Below, one piece after another: positions 58,516 to 64,000 of a stretch of DNA of 64,000 bases. The notes below the pieces were generated by a model. It was not told where the DNA came from. It saw only the letters and a list, made by a program, of their open reading frames with translations, and made no database searches. Numbering within the stretch: the first letter of the stretch is position 1; every line of letters begins with the position of its first letter. The stretch is from an uncultured Actinomycetes bacterium (lineage in GTDB: Bacteria; Actinomycetota; Acidimicrobiia; IMCC26256; DASPTH01), in NCBI GenBank assembly GCA_963721435.1, contig CAVRJC010000012.1:215488-279487 (forward strand), given 5' to 3'. Position numbers and translations under genes: made by a program.

Positions 58516-59289
58516 ATGGGTCGACTCGACGGCAAGGTCGCGATCATCTCCGGGGCCGCACGCGGGCAGGGCGCGGCCGAGGCGCGCCTCTTCGTCGCCG
58601 AGGGCGCGCGCGTCGTCATCGGCGACGTGCTCGACGAACAGGGGCAGGCGCTGGCGGCCGAGCTCGGTGCGTCCGCCCGCTGTTGCCATCTCGACGTCAC
58701 CGACGAAGGCGACTGGGCCGCCGGTGTGCAGCTCGCGGTGTCGGAATTCGGCGGGCTCCACGTCCTGGTGTCCAACGCGGGCATCTCGCCCCCGCCGAAG
58801 GCGATCATCGATCTCACCCTCGACGAGTACCGCCGCGTCATCGACGTGAACCAGATCGGCACGTTCCTCGGCCTCCGCGCCGCGATTCCCGCGATCCTCG
58901 AGTCGGGCGGCGGGTCGATCGTCACCATCTCGTCGGTCGGAGGCATGCAGGGTGTCCCCGGCATGGCGCCGTACACGTCGAGCAAGTTCGCGGTGCGCGG
59001 GCTCACCCGCGTCGCCGCGCTCGAGTACGCCGACCGCGGGATACGGGTCAACACCGTCGCGCCCGGCCCGATCGACACCGCGATGATGCAGCCGGGCTTC
59101 TGGGGCGACACCGACCTCAGGCCACTGATGGCCGCCACGTCACCGATGCGGCGGGTCGGTCAGCCCGACGAGGTCGCGGAGCTCGTGCTGTTCCTCGCGA
59201 GCGACGCGTCGTCGTACTGCAACGGCGCGGAGTTCCTCATCGACGGCGGCTACCTTGCGGGCCCGGCGGCGGTGCCGTCCGACGACTGA
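58516..59289 (+). CDS. SDR-family oxidoreductase (3-alpha/20-beta-HSD-like)
   Basis: VAIISGAARGQGAA, SNAG, YTSSKFA. Confidence 0.92.
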   Translation: MGRLDGKVAIISGAARGQGAAEARLFVAEGARVVIGDVLDEQGQALAAELGASARCCHLDVTDEGDWAAGVQLAVSEFGGLHVLVSNAGISPPPKAIIDLTLDEYRRVIDVNQIGTFLGLRAAIPAILESGGGSIVTISSVGGMQGVPGMAPYTSSKFAVRGLTRVAALEYADRGIRVNTVAPGPIDTAMMQPGFWGDTDLRPLMAATSPMRRVGQPDEVAELVLFLASDASSYCNGAEFLIDGGYLAGPAAVPSDD

Positions 59290-59301
59290 CTGCGGGGTGT
59301 G

Positions 59302-61644
59302 ATGGCAGGCCGGTTCACGGGTCAGAGCATCGAACGACGGGAAGACGAGCGCCTCTTGCGCGGCGCGGGCACCTTCGCGGCCGCCAACAGCAAAGCGGGC
59401 ATGGCCCACGCGGTGTTCGTGCGGAGCACCCACGCGCACGCGCGCATCACGCGTGTCGACGCGGTCGAGGCCTGCGCGCTGCCCGGCGTCGTCGCGGTGA
59501 TCACGGGCGCCGACGTGATCGCGGCCATGACCGGCCCGATGGTGTTGGTGGGCCCTCCGAGCCTCAAGGTCGCGCCGTTCTGGCCACTGGCGACGGACAA
59601 GGTGCGCTACGTCGGTGACCCGATCGCGGTCGTCGTCGCCGAGACACCGGCGATCGCCGCCGACGCGGCCGAGCTCGTCGACGTGCACTACGAGCCGCTC
59701 GCGCCCGTCGTGGCGATGGAGCACGCGGCCGACGCCGCCAGCGCGCCGCTGTGGGACGAGCTCGACACGAACGTCGCCACCGAGAACGTCATGACCTGGG
59801 GCGATGTCGACGCGGTGTTCAACGCCGCCGACCGCGTGATCACCCGACGATACGTGCAGCACCGCATCTCGCACGCACCGATGGAGCCCCGCAGCGCGAT
59901 CGCGGCCTACGACGCCGGCAGTGGCCGGTTCGAGTACGAGGTGAGCCACAAGCGCCCGCACCCGCTCAAGATGACGTTCTCCCAGCTGCTCGGGATCCCG
60001 TTCCCGGACGTGCACGTGAGCACCGGCGACATCGGCGGCGGCTTCGGGTCGAAGGGCCAGATCACGCGCGACGACGTCGCCCTCGCCGCCACCGCGAAGA
60101 TCCTCGGTCGCCCGGTCAAGTGGGTCGAGACGCGCGGCGAGAACCTGATGGTCGCGGGTCACGCACGTGAAGAGACGCTCGAAGTCGATGCGGCGGTCGA
60201 CGTCGACGGGCGGGTGCGCGGGTTGCGCGTGCGCATGCTGCTCGACGCCGGCGCGTACCCCATGCTCCCGTTCCCCGCGTCGTTCTTCTCCACGCTCGTC
60301 GCGATGCTGCTGCCGAACGCCTACCGGATCGAGGCGTACTCGTTCGCCTCGACCGTCGTCTACACCAACAAGGCGAGCTACATCTCGTACCGAGGCCCGT
60401 GGGCGGTCGAGACGTGGGTCCGCGAAGCGATCCTCGACGCGGTGGGCCGCGAGCTCGACATCACGCCGGAGGAGATCCGGCGCCGCAACCTCTTCTCCCC
60501 CGAGCATCTCCCGGCACACACGACCACCGGCATCTCGCTCTCGAACATCACCGCACGCGAGACCCTCGAGCGCGCCGTCGACCTCATGGACCTCGACGGC
60601 TTCCGCGCCGCGCAGGCGACCGCACGCGCCGAGGGCAAGTGGGTCGGGCTCGGGTTCGCCACGTTCATCGAGATCGCGCCAGGGCCGCCCGACTTCGCCA
60701 AGCTGGTCGGGTTCGACCTCCCGGGCGAGACCGCGTGGGCGCGCATCGAGCCGACCGGCCACGTCACGGTGTCGACGTGGCAGGTGTCGCAGGGGCAGAG
60801 CCACGAGACCACGATCGCCCAAGTCGTGGCCGACGAGATGGGGGTGCCCATCGAGATGGTGCGGATCGTCGCGGGTGACTCCGCGACCACGCCGTGGAAC
60901 ACGATGTCGACGGGTGGCTCGCGCGCATCCACCATGGCGTCGGGCGCCGCGGTCGGCGCCACCCGCATGGTCAAGGACATGGTCCTCGCCATCGCCGCCG
61001 ACATGCTCGAGGCCAGCGAGGCCGACCTCGAGATCGAAGACTCGACGATCAGTGTCCGTGGCACGCCCACGAAGTCGGTCGAGCTCGTCGACGTCGCGCG
61101 TGCCGCGTGGTTCGCGCCATCGTCGCTTCCCGACGGGCTCCGCCAGGGCCTCGAGGCAACGTGTGACTTCAAGGTGCCGCCCAGCGGCGGATGGACCGCG
61201 GCCACCCACTGCTGCTGGGTCGAGATCGACCCCGAGACGGGCAGCATCGCGATCCCGCGCTACCTCGTCGTCGAAGACTGCGGCACTCTCATCAACCCCG
61301 CGGTCGTCGACGGGCAGATCATCGGCGGTGTCATGCAGGGCATCGCGCAGACGCTGTACGAGCGGCACGTCTACGACGACGACGGCAACCTCCTCACGTC
61401 GTCGTTCGCCGACTACCTCGTCCCGTCGGCCGCCGACCTGCCGTCGATCGAGATCGAGCACCTCGAGTTCGAGCCACTGCACGAGATCAACTCACGCGGC
61501 GTCGGCGAAGGCGGCATGATCGGCGCCCCCGCCGCGCTCTGCAACGCGGTCAGCGACGCGCTTGCGCCCCTCGGCATCGAAGTCGAGCAGCAACACCTCT
61601 CCCCCGAGTACGTCCGCTCCCTCATCACCAGTTCGAACGCGTAG
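59302..61644 (+). CDS. xanthine dehydrogenase / CoxL-family molybdopterin-binding subunit
   Basis: SIERREDERLLRG, DIGGGFGSKG, 781 aa, intact. Start is ATG 59302 (or GTG 59299). Confidence 0.9.
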   Translation: MAGRFTGQSIERREDERLLRGAGTFAAANSKAGMAHAVFVRSTHAHARITRVDAVEACALPGVVAVITGADVIAAMTGPMVLVGPPSLKVAPFWPLATDKVRYVGDPIAVVVAETPAIAADAAELVDVHYEPLAPVVAMEHAADAASAPLWDELDTNVATENVMTWGDVDAVFNAADRVITRRYVQHRISHAPMEPRSAIAAYDAGSGRFEYEVSHKRPHPLKMTFSQLLGIPFPDVHVSTGDIGGGFGSKGQITRDDVALAATAKILGRPVKWVETRGENLMVAGHAREETLEVDAAVDVDGRVRGLRVRMLLDAGAYPMLPFPASFFSTLVAMLLPNAYRIEAYSFASTVVYTNKASYISYRGPWAVETWVREAILDAVGRELDITPEEIRRRNLFSPEHLPAHTTTGISLSNITARETLERAVDLMDLDGFRAAQATARAEGKWVGLGFATFIEIAPGPPDFAKLVGFDLPGETAWARIEPTGHVTVSTWQVSQGQSHETTIAQVVADEMGVPIEMVRIVAGDSATTPWNTMSTGGSRASTMASGAAVGATRMVKDMVLAIAADMLEASEADLEIEDSTISVRGTPTKSVELVDVARAAWFAPSSLPDGLRQGLEATCDFKVPPSGGWTAATHCCWVEIDPETGSIAIPRYLVVEDCGTLINPAVVDGQIIGGVMQGIAQTLYERHVYDDDGNLLTSSFADYLVPSAADLPSIEIEHLEFEPLHEINSRGVGEGGMIGAPAALCNAVSDALAPLGIEVEQQHLSPEYVRSLITSSNA

Positions 61645-61657
61645 GCCCACTCGCCGT

Positions 61658-62998
61658 TCAGGCGGCGAGGTCGAGGGGTGAGCCGCGTGGGGGTGGTCGT
61701 TCCCAGGGCGCGAGGGGTGGGGACGTCGCCGATCGCGCCGTCGGGCTCGCGGTGGAGGGTCCAGTTGCCTTCGTGGCACTTGACGTGGTGGTAGCGGCAC
61801 AGCAGGACGAGGTTGTCGAGGTCGGTGGTGCCGCCGTGGAGCCAGTGGACGAGGTGGTGGGCGTCGGTCCATTCCGGTGGACGGTCACAGCCCGGGAACT
61901 GGCAGTGCTTGTCACGCAGCATCAATGCCCGGAACTGCGCGGCGGTGGGGAACCGGCGGCGGCGGCCGAGGTCGAGGACTTCGCTGTCGCCGTCCATGAC
62001 GACGCGGGCGATGCTGGCATCGCAGCAGAGACGTTCGAGGAGTTGCCGGGCCGTGGGCCGGCCGTTGATGGTGTGGCGGCGCCCGAAGATCTCCCGCCGT
62101 CGCTGCGCCCGGTCGCGGTAGGGGCCGACAGGCACGTCGCTCGCAGCCGCGGCCGCGTCGCCCTCGCGTTCCTGGTCAGCAGGGTCGTGGGCGAGCGCGT
62201 CGTTGACGTGCAGGACCGCGGCGACGTGGGCGGGGACATGCCCACCTGGTGTCGCGTCGCGCGAGTGACTCGCGGGCCATGTCGACGAGGGCGTCAGCGC
62301 GTCGTTGCCGCGCGGTACGCGGCGGCAGCAGCCCGTTGCGCGGGTCCGGTGGCCCCATGATCTTCGCGAGCGCGTTGTTGAGGATCGCGGCAGCTTCCTG
62401 GTCGAGGAACCCATCGAGGTTCGTATGCCCGTCGAACGTGCGCTGCAGGTCGAGGAACCGCTGATCGAACTTCGCGTTCGGGTCACGCTTGCGACGCTCG
62501 TCGTCGACCACGTGACACCAGTGCTGCATCGCGGTCACGAATTCCGTCGGCCGCAACTCCGACGCCAACTCGAGCAGCATGTCCTCATCGTCGGCGAAGC
62601 TGGCACGACGACCGCTGCGCAGCACGGCTCATGGTCTCCACGTGACTCGCGGTGATCGCGCCTTCGGCCAAGGCCGCGCCCGTGCGCTCGCAGCGGCGTG
62701 CCAGCCGCGCGTCGCGCACCAGCCCCACCGCGTCGGGCCGCGTCCGCGGGATCCGCGCCGCGAGCCAACTCGCCGGCGTGGCCGCACCCTCGAGCTGCCA
62801 CGCCCCGGCCGTATCCCACTCACCCACCACCCGCAGCAACTCGGCCTCGGCCCGCTCCACCACCCCAGCGAGCTCGACCACCAGCTCCGACAACGCCCGC
62901 GGCGCCCACCCCGACCGGTCCTCCCGCGCGAGCACGTCGAGTTGCGCACGCAGCTGCCGGACCGGATCGACGTTGGCGGTGCCATCGGATACGAACAT
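61658..62998 (-). pseudogene. DUF222 + HNH endonuclease protein (REP13E12-type), at least two +1 frame changes (~62618-62625, ~62243-62250); 3' end uncertain
   Basis: ATG 62998 MFVSDGTANV..HVETMSR, then LRSGRRASFADDEDMLLE..ARRDT, then GGHVPAHV..CQFPGCDRPPEWTDAHHLVHWLHGGTTDLDNLVLLCRYHHVKCHEG. The last frame runs on to 61413 inside the CoxL-like gene. A neighbouring frame stops at 61658. Confidence 0.72.
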
Positions 62999-63006
62999 GT
63001 GTTCGA
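62991..63006. promoter_or_regulatory. LexA SOS box (ACGAAC-ATGT-GTTCGA) overlapping the HNH gene start codon
   Basis: 11/12 match to the actinobacterial consensus TCGAAC-N4-GTTCGA. TAGTAT -10 hexamer (rc of 63006-63011) lies 7 nt upstream of ATG 62998. Confidence 0.55.
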
Positions 63007-63083
63007 TACTAATACCCTGAACCGCCCACTGCAACCCTTTCCGAAGATTTCTGCTGTTGTCGTGCGGAAATGCCGGAACGACC

Positions 63084-64000
63084 TCAGCCCAGAGGGCCGG
63101 CGGGGCGGGCGCCGGTGGCGACGCCGTGCTCCTGGGTGACGACGCCGTTCACGACGGTCGAGCGGAAGCCACCCGGCGGGCGGGTCAGGCGGGGGCCGCC
63201 GCCGGGGAGGTCGTGCACGAACGAGTCGGGCTGGTAGCCGAGCTCGTCGAGGGCGAACACCACGAGGTCTCCCGCGTTGTCCCGGCGCCACCACGCCTCG
63301 GCCGCGAACGCCGAACACGTCGGCGATGCGGCCCGTGATCTCGTGCACTGCGGCTTCGAGCGTGAGGTCACCGCGGTCACGCACGTGCTCGGTGAGCAAG
63401 AGGGTGGAATCGCCGGCACCGCACATCATCTGCAGGTGCGCGCCCGCGTCGCTCGCGCCGACGACGGTGGTCGGGTCGATGATGAGGTCCGACACCTTCT
63501 GCGCGTCGTTGTTGGCGAGCGACTCCGCCATCATCCCCGGCGCGAGATCGTGCTCGAACACCCAGTCGGCGAGCACGTCTGACGGGTGGCCGCCGCGCGC
63601 GTCGACGACGTCGGCGAACGTCTTGTTGAAGAACCGCTCCTCTTCGGGACGGACGGCGATGAGGCGCACCCGGTCGAGGCGGTTCACCGGGAAGATGGTG
63701 AAGCCGTCGCCCACCTTGTCCCAGTCGGCGCGCGCTTCGGCGCGCCACTGCAGGGTCGCGGAGCAGCCGTCGCTTCTCCGTCCGGTGACTGCGTGATGAG
63801 CGAGCCCCATGCCGGGATCGCGATGAACACGGGCGTCTGGTCGAAGCTCACGTTGATGTTGAACGGGCGCGGTGACACCTGCGCGTACACGCGGCATCCG
63901 TCGGCGTGGAGCTCGGTGCGCCTGCTCGATCGACGCGCTCGGCCCGGCTCGGGTCGCGACTGTTCTCCGCGAGTTGGTTCCACGTGCACGACACGCCCGC
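63084..64000 (-). pseudogene. D-aminoacylase-family amidohydrolase, 3' part (5' end outside window), at least four frame changes
   Basis: Pieces align to the in-window paralogues: RVYAQVSPRPFNINVSFDQTPVFIAIPAWGSLITQSPD / EKRRLLRDPAV / RAEARADWDKV..GASDAGAHLQMMCG..ADVFGVRGRGVVAPGQ / AGDLVVFALDELGYQP..PAGPLG*. Frame changes at ~63779, ~63745 and ~63276, plus 63910-63940. Confidence 0.7.

Noticed and set aside
61413-61657. 3' extension of the HNH ORF overlapping 230 nt of the CoxL-like gene
   Set aside because: The sequence after the HNH motif (..NGEWAYAFELVMRERTYSGERCCCSTSM..) is simply the antisense of the well-supported CoxL C-terminus. It is most likely run-on after loss of the true stop; a neighbouring frame stops at 61658.
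1-64000. Search for defence systems, toxin-antitoxin pairs, prophage, integrase or transposase genes, tRNA/rRNA and CRISPR arrays
   Set aside because: I recognised no nuclease/helicase/methylase/ATPase combinations typical of defence islands, no recombinases, no cloverleaf-like tRNA sequences and no repeat-spacer arrays. The only mobile-type signature is the DUF222/HNH pseudogene.

Overview
Very GC-rich, actinobacterial-type chromosome segment (codon position 3 is almost all G/C), densely coding on both strands. I recognised no rRNA, tRNA, CRISPR array, integrase or transposase. Layout: (1) 1-9.7 kb is a DevR/DosR-like stress or dormancy island. It holds a NarL-type kinase and regulator, two tandem-domain USPs, an M50/CBS protease, a PRTase-hydrolase fusion, a PPOX-like protein, an ADP-forming acyl-CoA synthetase and an APC permease. 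Four conserved GGGACC..CCCC boxes sit at an identical distance from -10 hexamers. (2) 9.7-33 kb, 41.8-52 kb and 54.6-61.6 kb carry a large catabolic gene set of unknown substrate. It includes 5 amidohydrolase_2 genes, 3 D-aminoacylase-family genes, 4 LLM/F420 oxidoreductases, a DDN-like F420 enzyme, 2 family III CoA-transferases, 7 SDRs, 2 P450s, an aldehyde dehydrogenase, an acyl-CoA ligase, a crotonase, a sulfotransferase, an alkyl sulfatase, a TauD dioxygenase, a sterol-desaturase-like protein, a CoxL-like molybdoenzyme and an IclR regulator. (3) 33-40 kb holds an ECF sigma / anti-sigma / secreted-protein module, a DUF202 protein, a hypothetical+SHOCT pair, a DHA2 MFS pump, and a stand-alone LigD polymerase-domain gene in an operon with two unknown genes. 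(4) 52-54.6 kb is an ArsR-CopB metal module with a palindromic operator. (5) 61.7-63.0 kb is a frameshifted DUF222/HNH (REP13E12-type) gene whose start codon lies inside a LexA SOS box. The main technical observation is about 20 apparent single-base frameshifts, mostly +1. These are either assembly errors or pseudogenes. I found no canonical defence system or mobile island. The most system-like new signals are the fixed-geometry DevR-like regulon and the large unassigned F420/amidohydrolase/CoA-transferase pathway cluster. Note that the ORF track shows GTG and TTG starts as M.
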